Notes: a model not told the origin generated them from the sequence alone. 64,000 nucleotides of DNA from Candidatus Latescibacterota bacterium (GCA_965204725.1 OZ242005.1:4512001-4576000), one strand, 5' to 3'; positions 9,617 to 20,028 are shown, counted from the stretch's first letter. Program-made: numbers and translations.

Positions 9617-10531
9617 ATGCTCCTCAAGGGCCGTTCCGCATCAAAGCCGCGCACCTTGCGCCGCCTCATCGCCGAAAAAACCTTGGCCTTGCCCGGGGCC
9701 TTTAACGCGCCCGTGGCCATGCTGGCCGAGCGCACTGGGTTTGAGGCCGTGTACATTTCTGGGGCTGGGCTGGCCAACGGCACGGCCGGCTACCCGGATG
9801 TCGGCCTGTTGGGCCTAGACGAAATGGCGCGCCAAGCCGGCTACATTGCCAACGCCGTGCAAGTGCCCTGTATATGTGACGCAGACACCGGGTTTGGCGA
9901 GGTCTGGCAGGTGATGCGCACGGTGCGTACTTATGAGCGCGAGGGCTTGGCCGGGTTGCACTTAGAGGACCAAGTCATGCCCAAACGCTGCGGCCACCTC
10001 GACGGCAAGGCCCTGATCGGGGCGGCGGACATGGAGCGCAAAATCGCCGCTGCTTGCGCGGCACGGCAAGACCCGGACTTTTTGATCATCGCCCGCTGCG
10101 ATGCCCGCGCTGTCGAGGGGTTTGAGCAGAGCGTCGAGCGCGGCCAACGCTACTTGGCAGCCGGCGCGGACGCGGTCTTTCCCGAAGCCATGCAGAGCCG
10201 CGAGGAATTTGCCCGCTACGCCGAGCAAGTCCAAGGCCCGCTCCTCGCCAACATGACCGAATTCGGCAAATCGCCGCACCTGTCGGTCGCGGAGTTCGCC
10301 GCCCTCGGCTATCGCCTCGTGATCTTTCCGATGAGCGCGTTCCGCACCATGATGAAGGCCGTCGAAGGACTGTTCCGCGAACTCAAGGAAAAGGGCACTT
10401 TAGAAGGTGCCCTCGGGCAGATGCAGACGCGGGACGAGCTCTACGAGCTGCTCGGCTACGACGAGTACACCGAGCTAGACGTGGCGTTGGCCGCCCGCTT
10501 TCCAACACTTCCCATAGAGAGACCCCAATGA
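9617..10531 (+). CDS. prpB: 2-methylisocitrate lyase
   Basis: DADTGFG, EDQVMPKRCGH, LANMTEFGK. Confidence 0.9.
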   Translation: MLLKGRSASKPRTLRRLIAEKTLALPGAFNAPVAMLAERTGFEAVYISGAGLANGTAGYPDVGLLGLDEMARQAGYIANAVQVPCICDADTGFGEVWQVMRTVRTYEREGLAGLHLEDQVMPKRCGHLDGKALIGAADMERKIAAACAARQDPDFLIIARCDARAVEGFEQSVERGQRYLAAGADAVFPEAMQSREEFARYAEQVQGPLLANMTEFGKSPHLSVAEFAALGYRLVIFPMSAFRTMMKAVEGLFRELKEKGTLEGALGQMQTRDELYELLGYDEYTELDVALAARFPTLPIERPQ

Positions 10532-11658
10532 CCGATCAATCCTATAGCCCCGGCCTCGAAGGCGTCATCGCCGGCGAGTCCGCCCTTTCGCGCATCGATG
10601 TCGAAATCAACCGCCTAATCCTGTACGGGTACGACCTCGTGGAGCTAACCGAAAACGCCTGCTACGAAGAGGTCGCTTACTTGCTGCTCTACGGCGAGTT
10701 GCCAACCGTTGCCGAGCTGGCGGCGTTCAACCAACAACTGCGCTCGCAGCGCGACCTGCCCGGCCCGGTGATCGAGCTGTTGCGCTCCGCTCCGGCGGAC
10801 GCCCATCCGATGGACCTGCTGCGCACGGCCGTGTCGGCACTGGCGTTTTTCGACGCTGAGACCCGCGACAATTCCCATCAGGCCAACGTGCGCAAGGCCG
10901 TGCGCCTGCTGGCCAAAATTCCCACCGCCCTCGCCTATGGCTATCGCTTCTCGCAAAACCTCGCGCCCATCGCCCCCAGCACCGAGCTGGACCACGCGGC
11001 CAATTTGCTCTTTATGCTGCGCGGCGAACAACCGCCCGCGTACGAAGTGGAGGCTCTGAACGTCTCCCTGATACTCTACGCCGAGCATGGGTACAACGCC
11101 TCGGCGTTTACCGGGCGGGTGGTGGCCTCGACCTTGGCCGATCTCTACGCGGCCGTGACCGCGGCCATCGCCGCCCTGCACGGCCCCCTGCACGGCGGTG
11201 CCAACGAGGCGGCCATGCAGATGCTGTTGGAGGTGGGTTCGCCCGCAGCGGCCGAGCAGTGGGTCCTCGACTCGCTGGCGCAAAAGAAGAAGATCATGGG
11301 CTTTGGCCATCGGGAGTACAAAAGCGGCGACTCGCGGGTGCCGACGATGAAGAAGGTGGGCCGTCAGGTTGCCGCGGCCGTTGGCGACACTAAGTGGCCC
11401 GACCTAGCCGATGTGGTCGAAGCGACGATGATGCGCGAAAAAGGAATCTTCCCCAATGTCGATTTCCCCTGCGCGTACACCTACTACATGATGGGCATTC
11501 CGATTCCGCTCTACACGCCCATCTTTGTGGCCAGCCGCGTGGTGGGCTGGGCGGCGCACGTGATTGAACAGCACGACGCCAATCGGCTCATTCGCCCCAA
11601 CCACATCTACACCGGGCCGGAACACCGCGCATTTGTCGCGCTCGACGAGCGGGGCTAA
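10528..11658 (+). CDS. prpC: 2-methylcitrate synthase / citrate synthase
   Basis: GLEGVIAG, YAEHGYNAS, GPLHGGANE, MGFGHR, PNVDF; ATGA overlap with prpB. Confidence 0.85.
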   Translation: MTDQSYSPGLEGVIAGESALSRIDVEINRLILYGYDLVELTENACYEEVAYLLLYGELPTVAELAAFNQQLRSQRDLPGPVIELLRSAPADAHPMDLLRTAVSALAFFDAETRDNSHQANVRKAVRLLAKIPTALAYGYRFSQNLAPIAPSTELDHAANLLFMLRGEQPPAYEVEALNVSLILYAEHGYNASAFTGRVVASTLADLYAAVTAAIAALHGPLHGGANEAAMQMLLEVGSPAAAEQWVLDSLAQKKKIMGFGHREYKSGDSRVPTMKKVGRQVAAAVGDTKWPDLADVVEATMMREKGIFPNVDFPCAYTYYMMGIPIPLYTPIFVASRVVGWAAHVIEQHDANRLIRPNHIYTGPEHRAFVALDERG

Positions 11659-11660
11659 CC

Positions 11661-12185
11661 TCAGCCGCGCACGGCCAGCAACCAAGACCGCACCTCGAGC
11701 AAGAAACGCTGCACTTCATCGCCCCGGTAGTCGGGATACGTCCATTCCAGGGGCCGGTAGCGTCCCCGCTGATAGAGCAAGGTCACCTCGGCGTAGAGTT
11801 GCGGGGCAATGCACACTCGGTGGCCAGCACACTTGGTCGTAGCCAACACCAAGCTCTCGATTGAGAGCAGCCCTGGGTCGATATTGGCGCGGCGGCCCCG
11901 CCCTTGGCTCATCGCCCGCTCCAGTGCCATGGTCTGCGCCTTGACGGCCGCCAGCTCGGCCGGGTCAATCCGCTCGGCAAAGCACACGAGCTGTTTGCGG
12001 AGTCCTGCGCCCATTTCCGCTTCGTAGTACGAGGTAAAATCAAAATTATAGGTCGCACTTGCCGCCCGCAGGGGGCCGAAGCATTCGGCGAGGCGTTCTT
12101 TGGCGTCGGCGAGCGTCTCTACAGAATCCGCTAATACCGCGCAGACTCGTACGACGGGCGTGGAGGGTTGGAGATCAATGGGCAT
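11661..12185 (-). CDS. DUF4416-like protein
   Basis: FDFTSYYEAEMG, RRANIDPG, LVLATTK..HRV, WTYPDY. Confidence 0.75.
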   Translation of the reverse strand: MPIDLQPSTPVVRVCAVLADSVETLADAKERLAECFGPLRAASATYNFDFTSYYEAEMGAGLRKQLVCFAERIDPAELAAVKAQTMALERAMSQGRGRRANIDPGLLSIESLVLATTKCAGHRVCIAPQLYAEVTLLYQRGRYRPLEWTYPDYRGDEVQRFLLEVRSWLLAVRG

Positions 12186-12287
12186 CTTGCAACAAAGGGC
12201 CAAGGACCCAATCGCGTCAATTTCTGTGACGGGATTGCTTTGCTATTTTATCGCCGCGGCTCCCACCTTCATTCAGGAAAGGCCATT

Positions 12288-13346
12288 ATGCGCATAGAAG
12301 ACCTCGATACACCTGCCCTCCTCGTCGATCTCGATGGCTTGGAGGACAACCTTGACCGCTATCAACGCTACTTTGACGAGCACGGCATTGGCTTGCGGCC
12401 CCACATCAAAACCCACAAGTGCGTGGCCATTGCCCATCTGCAAATGCGGCGCGGCGCGATCGGCATCACCTGCCAGAAGCTCGGGGAGGCCGAGGTCATG
12501 GCGGCGGGCGGGGTCGGTCGCGACATTCTGATTCCCTACAACATCATCGGCGCACAAAAACTGGCGCGGCTGGTCGCGCTGGCGCGGCAAACCCGGCTAA
12601 CGGTGGCAGCCGATTCCGCATACACCGTGCAGGGGCTGGCCGAGGCCACCGCGGAAGCGGGGGTCACCTTGGGCGTGGTCGTCGAACTCGATCGCGGTCG
12701 CACGGGCGTAGGCTCGCCCGCGGCCGCGGTCGCCCTAGGCGAAAAAATTGATCAGGCCCCCAACCTCGAGCTCCGAGGCATCATGTCCATGCCAGCGACT
12801 CCAGACATGCGACCGCTCATCCAAGAGACGTTAGCGCATTTCGACCGCAAGGGCCTGCCGCATCCCATAGTCAGCGGCGGCAGTACGCCGGGTGCATTTA
12901 TGGCGCACGAGATTCCCGAACTGACCGAGTACCGAGCCGGCGAGTACCCAGTCGGTGGCGTCGGCCATCTCCGCAGAGGCACTCACAGCGTCGATCAGTG
13001 CGCTGGCCGGGTGCTGATGACCGTGGTCAGCCGACCGGCTGCGGACCGCGCCATCCTCGATGGGGGCAGCAAGTCGCTCAGCGCAGCGGTTCATCGTGCG
13101 GAGGACGGCTCGTCCATCATGGGCCACATCGTCGAGTACCCTCAAGCTGTCTTCTGCGGGGCCTCGGAGGAGCACGGGCAGGTCGATCTATCGGCCTGCG
13201 ACGACGAGCTCCAAATCGGCGAACAGGTGCAGGTCTTGCCCGTTCATCCCTGTCCCTGCTTCAACGAACACGACCAGATCTTTGCCGTGCGCGGCGGCCG
13301 AGTGGAAGCCGTCTGGCCGGTGGACGCCCGCGGGCAGATACGCTGA
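12288..13346 (+). CDS. DSD1/D-threonine aldolase-family PLP enzyme (alanine racemase fold)
   Basis: LDTPALLVD, LRPHIKTHK, ILDGGSKSL, SEEHG, PVHPCP. Confidence 0.85.
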   Translation: MRIEDLDTPALLVDLDGLEDNLDRYQRYFDEHGIGLRPHIKTHKCVAIAHLQMRRGAIGITCQKLGEAEVMAAGGVGRDILIPYNIIGAQKLARLVALARQTRLTVAADSAYTVQGLAEATAEAGVTLGVVVELDRGRTGVGSPAAAVALGEKIDQAPNLELRGIMSMPATPDMRPLIQETLAHFDRKGLPHPIVSGGSTPGAFMAHEIPELTEYRAGEYPVGGVGHLRRGTHSVDQCAGRVLMTVVSRPAADRAILDGGSKSLSAAVHRAEDGSSIMGHIVEYPQAVFCGASEEHGQVDLSACDDELQIGEQVQVLPVHPCPCFNEHDQIFAVRGGRVEAVWPVDARGQIR

Positions 13347-13358
13347 AAGGAGCGAATT

Positions 13359-14063
13359 GTGGATTTTGCCGCACTGAGCGAAAAATTACAAATGGCGAGC
13401 ACGGCGACCCTGACGTCCGTGCTCCGCAACAAGGGACTGCACAACACCTTTATGCACCAAGTCGCGCCCCTCAAGCCCGACATGCAGATGGTCGGCCGGG
13501 CCTTTACCCTGCGCTACATACCGGCGCGCGAAGACCTCGACGAAGGGCCGATAGACAACCTGAAAGACGTGCAGCGGATCGGCATTGAGCAGGTGACCGC
13601 CGGGGCCGTGTTCGTCATTGATGCACGCGGCGACACCCGGGCCGGGACTATGGGGTCCATCCTAGCGGCGCGGCTGCAAGTGCGGGGCTGCGCGGGCATC
13701 GTCACCGATGGGGCCTACCGCGACTCCCCGACCATTGCCGCGTCGGGATTGCCCGCATACTCGGCAGCCATGAACGCCCACACTAACAAAACCATCCACC
13801 ACCCCAGCGAAATCCAAGTGCCCATTGCCTGCGGCAGCGTGGCGGTCTTCCCCGGCGATGTCCTCGTCGGCGATGGTGAAGGGGTCGTGGTCATCCCGGC
13901 GCATCTAGCCGAGGAGGTCGCTGTCGAGGCCATGGCGATGGAAGAAAAGGAGCGCTTCATCGCAGAGAAAATCCGCGCCGGAGCCAGTATCGTCGGCACC
14001 TATCCCCCCGATGAGCAGACCTTGGCCGAATACCAAGCCTCGAAAACAAGCCAATCCACCTAA
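13359..14063 (+). CDS. RraA-like / HMG aldolase family protein
   Basis: MVGRAFTLRYIPARED, GIVTDGAYRD, VFPGDVLVGDGEGVVVIP. Confidence 0.85.
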   Translation: MDFAALSEKLQMASTATLTSVLRNKGLHNTFMHQVAPLKPDMQMVGRAFTLRYIPAREDLDEGPIDNLKDVQRIGIEQVTAGAVFVIDARGDTRAGTMGSILAARLQVRGCAGIVTDGAYRDSPTIAASGLPAYSAAMNAHTNKTIHHPSEIQVPIACGSVAVFPGDVLVGDGEGVVVIPAHLAEEVAVEAMAMEEKERFIAEKIRAGASIVGTYPPDEQTLAEYQASKTSQST

Positions 14064-14103
14064 GTACGCGACACTTGCGTTGCGTAGGCATTTTCTGACG
14101 TTG

Positions 14104-14139
14104 CCGCCCTCGGCGAGGGCAAGATGCCCTCGATCCTTG
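14104..14139. repeat. REP-like palindrome family A (partial)
   Basis: CCGCCCTCGGCGAGGGCAAGATGCCCTCGATCCTTG, near-identical to 23058-23093; lies between convergent genes. Confidence 0.75.
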
Positions 14140-14142
14140 TAC

Positions 14143-15483
14143 TTAGCCCAGCCGGCGGCGCAAACAGCGCGCTAGATCGGCGACCCTAGCCGGATCGGTG
14201 GCGGCGATGTTGTGCAACTCGTCGGGGTCCTGCTCAAGGTCGTAGAGTTCGTCGCAGTCGTTGTAATTCTCAATGTATTTGTGGGTAGCCGTGCGAATGC
14301 AGCGGAAGTTGTGCAGGGCGGCGACGGTCGCTTGGCGGTGCGCGTCGGTCTGAGCGGCGAGGATCGGTTGCAGCGAGCGGGCATCCACGTTTTGCTGCGG
14401 CGTTAGCCCGGCGAAATCGCATATCGTGGCATTGAGGTCGATGAGTTCGCACAGCGCGTCACAGACGCGGCCCCCGGCAATATCCGGCCCGGCCATGATC
14501 AGGGGTATGCGCAAGCTGGCCTCGTAGGCCGCGCTCTTGGTGTACAGCCCGTGGTCGCCGAGCAGCTCGCCGTGGTCGGAAGAGAAGATGATGTAGGTGT
14601 TGTCGAGCTGACCGCGTTTTTCGAGTGCGTTGAGGATCTGGCCGATCTGGTCGTCAATAAGTTCGATGGCAGCGCAGTACTGGCGACGGGTTTGGGTGAT
14701 TTGGTCGGGCGTGAAGTCGGCGGCGCGTTGCTTGATCCACTCGGGTTTGCCGGCGAGGGAGCCGCTGATGGCCGGGGGCATGGCCGCGTTGCGATAGCGG
14801 TCGCCGTATTTGGCAGGCGGGTCAAAGGGATCGTGCGGGCCGACGAAGCTGACGAAGTAGTGCCAAGGAAAATCGTCGGGCACATTGGCAATCCACTCGG
14901 CAGCGCGACGGCCAATATAAGCGTCCTCAAAGTCCTCGCTGGCCAGCGGCGAATCGCGGCAGTCGGCAACCCAGCCCGCCGCGGCGCGTTGCCGATAGTC
15001 TTGGTGAAACGTAGCCAACTGCCCTTTGGCGGCTAGGTAGTGCGTATAGGGGCCAATCGGCGTGGGCGAGGAGCCGGCGTGCATTTTGCCCTCGCATTCC
15101 TCTGGATGGGTAAAGCCCCAGCTATAGGCATAAGGTCGGTCGCCGTAGCGGCCATTGTAGCCGTCGGATTTGCGGAGGTCGAGCTTGCCGACGCAGCCGA
15201 CGCGGTAGCCAGAGTCGCGCAGTCGCTGATAGTACGTGGTAGTGCCCAAGGGCAGCCGCCCCAAATTGCCTAGGCAGCCGAGACGGCTCGGTTGCAAGCC
15301 AGAGGCCAAGCCGATCCGCGCTGGGGCGCAGATGGGTGCGTTGGTCGTGCATTGGGTAAAGCGGACGCCCGCGGCCGCGAGGCGATCGAGGTGGGGCGTC
15401 CGCACGAAATCGGCACCGGCCGCGCCGAGGTAGTCGTGGCGGTGCTGATCATCCATGATGAAGAGTATATTGGGACGAGGCAT
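14143..15483 (-). CDS. sulfatase (Cys-type, choline/arylsulfatase-like)
   Basis: PNILFIMDDQHR, CAPAR signature, PHDPF, SDHGE. Confidence 0.9.
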   Translation of the reverse strand: MPRPNILFIMDDQHRHDYLGAAGADFVRTPHLDRLAAAGVRFTQCTTNAPICAPARIGLASGLQPSRLGCLGNLGRLPLGTTTYYQRLRDSGYRVGCVGKLDLRKSDGYNGRYGDRPYAYSWGFTHPEECEGKMHAGSSPTPIGPYTHYLAAKGQLATFHQDYRQRAAAGWVADCRDSPLASEDFEDAYIGRRAAEWIANVPDDFPWHYFVSFVGPHDPFDPPAKYGDRYRNAAMPPAISGSLAGKPEWIKQRAADFTPDQITQTRRQYCAAIELIDDQIGQILNALEKRGQLDNTYIIFSSDHGELLGDHGLYTKSAAYEASLRIPLIMAGPDIAGGRVCDALCELIDLNATICDFAGLTPQQNVDARSLQPILAAQTDAHRQATVAALHNFRCIRTATHKYIENYNDCDELYDLEQDPDELHNIAATDPARVADLARCLRRRLG

Positions 15484-15640
15484 TGGGCGTTCCTTGGGGT
15501 TTAGGCGTTGGACGTGCGAGTCCAGCCCAATCTATCCAGCCGCCAGTCTCGCTTCAAGGGCGGCCATTGTGCGGCGACCCAAGCGGGCGGATATTGAAAG
15601 AGCGCACTCTCGTTCAGATTGCAGCAAAGGAGAGATATAA

Positions 15641-16105
15641 ATGGCCAAACTACTTGAAGAGATACTCAAGCAGAAGCGAGCGCAACAGGAAGCGTCGGAG
15701 TTTGCACATATAGCAGTTCGTCAGGAATGGATATCCAACTGCGAAAATCTCATGTCGAGGATAACTGAGTGGTTGCAGCCCCTTGAAGCCAAAAACTGGC
15801 TGGCGATCCAGTCAGAGGATATTCTGATTCGGGAAGACCAGCTTGGGGATTACGCAACCCGATCTTTACGACTCACCTTTTTAGACAGCCAGATTCTCAC
15901 CTTCAGACCGGTTGGGCGTCGCATTATAGGAGCTCAAGGACGTGTCGATGTGGTCTCGGGCAGCACCCTTCTCGCAATGCTGCTGCATAAAGAAAATGAC
16001 GAGTGGGATTTTGCGAGGCGAGAGGGCAGATATGGGAAACCCGTCCGGTGGGCATTCAATAGAAGTACCTTAGAGGAATTTCTGGTTGAGTTCCTAGAAG
16101 AGTAA
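15641..16105 (+). CDS. hypothetical protein
   Basis: 154-aa ORF with AGGAG RBS, AT-richer than its neighbours. Confidence 0.7.
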   Translation: MAKLLEEILKQKRAQQEASEFAHIAVRQEWISNCENLMSRITEWLQPLEAKNWLAIQSEDILIREDQLGDYATRSLRLTFLDSQILTFRPVGRRIIGAQGRVDVVSGSTLLAMLLHKENDEWDFARREGRYGKPVRWAFNRSTLEEFLVEFLEE

Positions 16106-16136
16106 AAATGCGCGAGTTCACTTGTGAGTAGCCGCT

Positions 16137-17123
16137 ATGCAGGCCAACGACCCAATCCCATTTGCAGCATTCGCCCGCTTCGAGCGGCTCACCGCCGATA
16201 AGCCGCTGCTGTACTGCGATCCCCCCGCGTGGGCCGCTGCCAGCCATGCCATCGTCGTGGGCAGCACCGTGCATTATCTGTGGGCCAAAAAGGGAGGGGA
16301 CAATAGCTGGGTACACATGCACAGCTCTGCGCCAGTCGCCGGTCCTACGGAGGTGACGCACGACCCACGCAATCCCATACTCCTGCCTTCCGCCGCCGAC
16401 TTCGACAACCAAGGAGTGGAATACCCATTCCCGTTCTGGAATCCCGCCGACCAGCGCTACTATGCCTATTACCTCGGCAGCCAAGGCAAGGGCAAGCCCC
16501 GCCGCAAACAGACCGGCCTACTAGTCAGCAACGGCGATTTAGGGGCGTGGACGCGGATTGGCAATGAACCGATAGTCGCAGTCGGCGGCGCACACGAGCA
16601 ACACGGCTCTTCCCATCCGTCCGTAGCCGTGTCGGGCGATGTCATTCACATGGTTTATACCGGCGAGTCGCCAGCCCCTCCTGAACGGCGCGATATTCTC
16701 TACAACGTGCCGACCATCTGTCACGCCACCGCACCAATCAGCGATCCGGCGAAAGTCACCAAGAATCCCGCCAATCCCGTATTCAGCGGATCGGGGCAGG
16801 CGTGGGACCGCTATGGCGTACGCGAAGCCGAAATCCTCAAAGGACCGAGCTACTTCCACCTGTTCTACGGAGGGTACGACGGCGAGGCTTGGGCTATTGG
16901 ACATGTCCGCACATGCGACTTCCGCACCTTCGAACCCAACCCACACAACCCAATCTTCACGCCGGCGACCAATGCCGATGCTTGGGATTGCGATGGCCTC
17001 CTAACCCCTCAGGTGTTCGCAATGAATGGGACCTATTACATGATTTATGCCGGTCTCAGAGGATCGGGATGGAATCGCGTGTCAGCAGTCGGGACGGGCT
17101 TAGCCGTGGCAAGCCCGATATAG
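16137..17123 (+). CDS. five-bladed beta-propeller glycoside hydrolase-like protein (GH32/43/130-like fold)
   Basis: Repeated NP(I/V)(L/F)...(W/F)D...P...Y blades. Confidence 0.7.
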   Translation: MQANDPIPFAAFARFERLTADKPLLYCDPPAWAAASHAIVVGSTVHYLWAKKGGDNSWVHMHSSAPVAGPTEVTHDPRNPILLPSAADFDNQGVEYPFPFWNPADQRYYAYYLGSQGKGKPRRKQTGLLVSNGDLGAWTRIGNEPIVAVGGAHEQHGSSHPSVAVSGDVIHMVYTGESPAPPERRDILYNVPTICHATAPISDPAKVTKNPANPVFSGSGQAWDRYGVREAEILKGPSYFHLFYGGYDGEAWAIGHVRTCDFRTFEPNPHNPIFTPATNADAWDCDGLLTPQVFAMNGTYYMIYAGLRGSGWNRVSAVGTGLAVASPI

Positions 17124-17146
17124 GGGCAACTCTTGTGGCCCCCCTC
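17121..17146. repeat. degenerate REP-like hairpin (TAGGGGC...CCCCT)
   Basis: TAGGGGCAACTCTTGTGGCCCCCCTC between convergent genes; single copy in the window. Confidence 0.35.
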
Positions 17147-17153
17147 ACCCACG

Positions 17154-18536
17154 CTATTCAACCCGCTCAATAACCCGCATACTCTTCCAGCGGCCCGTGC
17201 GAAAGCGCAAGTAGAAAGCCGCGCCCATGACGCATACATAGGCGCAGGCAAAGCTCCATATCAGGTATAGCCCCCCGTCGAAATAGGTTAGGACGATGAA
17301 AGACGGCATGACCATGAGCGCCCAAGCCAACGCGATCGACATCCACATGACGAAGCGGGTGTCGCCCGCGCCCTTCAAGGTTGCCGTGAAGATCATGTAG
17401 GCCGCGTCGGAGACGCAGTACAGGGCCACGAAGCGCAGCAAGACCACGGCGATCTGATGCGCGGCCGCAAAGTGGGCGTCTCGATCCTCGCCAAAGGGCG
17501 CCAAGAAAAACTCCGGCACGACGACGTAGCCCACGGACATCGTCCCCATGTACAGCATGGCCAAGTGCAAGCCCGTCCATGTGCAGTACTCGGCGGCTTC
17601 GGGCTGATCGCGCCCCAAGCGTTGGCCGACCATCGTCGAGACGGCGATGCTACAGCCAATGAGCGGCATAAAGGCGAGGCTGTTGATGTGAAAGGCCAAA
17701 TTCGTCGCCGCCAGCGGAATTGGCCCCAAGCGGCCCACGATAAACAAAAACAACGTAAAGGCCATGATGTCGAGCATGAAGTTGACGCCATTGGGGCCGC
17801 CAAAGCGCAATAGGCGCAGCAGCAGCTTGAGGTCGGGCTTCCAGCCGCGCAAGGTGGCGTATTCGTTGCGATACCGCGGCCCCAAGAACAGCAGCGCGAA
17901 GGACAGGGCCGAAACGACCAAGCCGATATTGGTAGCCCACGCCGCCCCGACAATGCCCAGCTCAGGCAATCCCCAGTGCCCAAATATCAAGCCGTAGTCG
18001 CAGACGATGTTGACACTGATCGCCACGGCGTTGACCGCCAGCACCACCCACGTCTGACCTCGCCCACTGAAAAAGCACGAGAAGGCCGTGGATAAGACCT
18101 GCGGCCCCGTGCCGTAGCAAAGGATGCGGAAGTACTGGGTCTCGGCGGCACGGATGGCTGGATCGTGGCCGATGAACGCGAAGAGTTCGCCGGCCAAGGC
18201 GGCCGGCAGCAAGGCCAAGAAGCCGCTGAGCAGGGCCACGTACGCCCCTTGCCACACGGCCGGCCCCACGCGCGTCAGCCGCCGCGCCCCCATGTATTGG
18301 GCGACAAACGTGTTGGCGTATTGGGCCGTGCCCATGAAGAGGCTGATGAACGTGAAACTCGCCATGCCCGCCGGCATCGCGGCCGCCAACGCCTCGGTGG
18401 AATACCAAGAGAGAAAAATCCGGTCGACAAAGTGCTGGATGCTCCAGCTAGCCGTGCTCAGAATCAGCGGCAGGGCGATCCGCAAAAACTCTCGGTATCC
18501 GCCAGCGGCCCCCCACCGCCTAGCCACGCGGCCCAC
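17154..18536 (-). CDS. MATE family efflux transporter
   Basis: IALPLILS...FVDRIFLS, LIFGHWGLPELGIVGAAWAT, LKGAGDTR; about 12 hydrophobic helices; start uncertain. Confidence 0.9.
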   Translation of the reverse strand: MGRVARRWGAAGGYREFLRIALPLILSTASWSIQHFVDRIFLSWYSTEALAAAMPAGMASFTFISLFMGTAQYANTFVAQYMGARRLTRVGPAVWQGAYVALLSGFLALLPAALAGELFAFIGHDPAIRAAETQYFRILCYGTGPQVLSTAFSCFFSGRGQTWVVLAVNAVAISVNIVCDYGLIFGHWGLPELGIVGAAWATNIGLVVSALSFALLFLGPRYRNEYATLRGWKPDLKLLLRLLRFGGPNGVNFMLDIMAFTLFLFIVGRLGPIPLAATNLAFHINSLAFMPLIGCSIAVSTMVGQRLGRDQPEAAEYCTWTGLHLAMLYMGTMSVGYVVVPEFFLAPFGEDRDAHFAAAHQIAVVLLRFVALYCVSDAAYMIFTATLKGAGDTRFVMWMSIALAWALMVMPSFIVLTYFDGGLYLIWSFACAYVCVMGAAFYLRFRTGRWKSMRVIERVE

Positions 18537-18538
18537 GC

Positions 18539-19558
18539 TTAGCTCGCCATAACTTCGGCCACAGCAATCAATTCGCCGCCGCGCCGCGCCGACTCCCACC
18601 CCGCCAGTACCGGGGCCAGCGAATAGAGGCCATCGGCATAGTCGTTGAGGAGCAGGGCGCGGTTGCCGGTGCGCACGGCCTCAATGAAGACGCGGTCTTG
18701 CTCAAACCACGGGTCGAATTCCTCCGGCTCATACACGACTTCGCCATTGACTTCAATCCGGTCGTACATCCACAGCGCCAAGTATCCCCCTTCGTAAAAA
18801 ACAGTGAAGCGCGGCTCGTCGCCCGGGCTCGCGGGCGTGGTAGCGAGGAACGTCGAGGTCATGGTCGCCCCGTTGGCCAACAAAAAGTTAAACGAACACG
18901 ACAATGGCGTGTTGTACCGAGGGGGATGGTAGTAAAACGCTTGGGCTTGGGTAATATCGAGGCCGCTCATAAAGCGTGCGTAGTCAACGGCGTGAACTCC
19001 CCAATCGAAGGCCGTGCCGCCGGCCTTGTCCATCTGATAGTGCCAACTGTCCGGGTCGGGGACCTCGGCTTCGAGCAGGGGCAGGCCGGACGTGCTTTGG
19101 AAGCGGATGTGGGTGATGGCCTTATCCGCGAGCAGGCGACGGGCTTCCTGAAAGAGCGGGCGATAGCGCTCGCGGAAACAGACTGTTGAGATCGCGCCGC
19201 CCTCGGCGACCGCATCGGCGATGCGCCGCGCCACGGCCATGCTGGTTGCTTGCGGCTTCTCGCTGAAGAGGTGGATGCCCCGCGCTGCGGCCGCCGCTTC
19301 CACATCGGTGCGCGCAAAGGCTGGTACGACCGAGTAGAGCGCGTCGAGCGGCTCTTCCGCGAGCATCTGGTGCGGATCTAGATACGTGCGGGCGATAGAG
19401 AATTTTTGCGCGGTAGCGGCGAGGTTATCCGAGTTGGGATCACTCGCCGCGACGAGCTCGACGTCGGCTAGCGTACTCAGGTTGGGCAGGTGCGTTTGGT
19501 TGGCGAAACGGCCCGTGCCATAGATGCCGACGCGCACCGGGCGATTGTTTGCAGACAT
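18539..19558 (-). CDS. Gfo/Idh/MocA family oxidoreductase
   Basis: VRVGIYGTG Rossmann motif, EKP, DWGVHAVD. Confidence 0.9.
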   Translation of the reverse strand: MSANNRPVRVGIYGTGRFANQTHLPNLSTLADVELVAASDPNSDNLAATAQKFSIARTYLDPHQMLAEEPLDALYSVVPAFARTDVEAAAAARGIHLFSEKPQATSMAVARRIADAVAEGGAISTVCFRERYRPLFQEARRLLADKAITHIRFQSTSGLPLLEAEVPDPDSWHYQMDKAGGTAFDWGVHAVDYARFMSGLDITQAQAFYYHPPRYNTPLSCSFNFLLANGATMTSTFLATTPASPGDEPRFTVFYEGGYLALWMYDRIEVNGEVVYEPEEFDPWFEQDRVFIEAVRTGNRALLLNDYADGLYSLAPVLAGWESARRGGELIAVAEVMAS

Positions 19559-19734
19559 GGAGAATCCTTTGTTGATTTGTTGAGCCGCCTATGTAGCGGA
19601 GTGAAGTGGGCAAGAAAAGCAAAAAGAGACGCATGCGCCAGACCGCTTTGAGACGGTCGCGGGGCGATATAGCTGTCCTAAATGCCTCGAAAGCATGGAA
19701 TGTTGATCGGCCCGGTCTTTTTTGCCTACGAGGC

Positions 19735-19761
19735 GTCATTCCCGCGAAAGCGGGAATCCAG
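19735..19761. repeat. REP-like palindrome family B, half element
   Basis: GTCATTCCCGCGAAAGCGGGAATCCAG hairpin, related to 44583-44648. Confidence 0.8.
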
Positions 19762-19878
19762 TCTTGAAGGATGTAGGGTTGCTATATTAGAGATTAGGTG
19801 GTCGATGCAAAGACCTTGCGTCCTATATATCATTGGCGCATACTAGATGCTTAGTACACTCGTAAAGGAGTATCTGGC

Positions 19879-20028
19879 ATGAATGAGCGCGATTTTGACC
19901 AACTTATAGCTAGCGTTAAGCAAGCCGGAGCAATCAAGCGCGGCAAGATGAGGCCGGGGCGTAGGATCCATATAAATCCCGCCGATATCAAGATGATTCG
20001 CAAGAAACTGGATAAATCTCAATCTTAA
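19879..20028 (+). pseudogene. truncated XRE/HigA(NadS)-like antitoxin
   Basis: MNERDFDQLIASVKQAGAIKRGKMRPGRRIHINPADIKMIRKKLDKSQS*, stopping at the start of the HTH; AAGGAG RBS; ATGA overlap with a short upstream remnant (MLSTLVKEYLA*). Confidence 0.65.
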
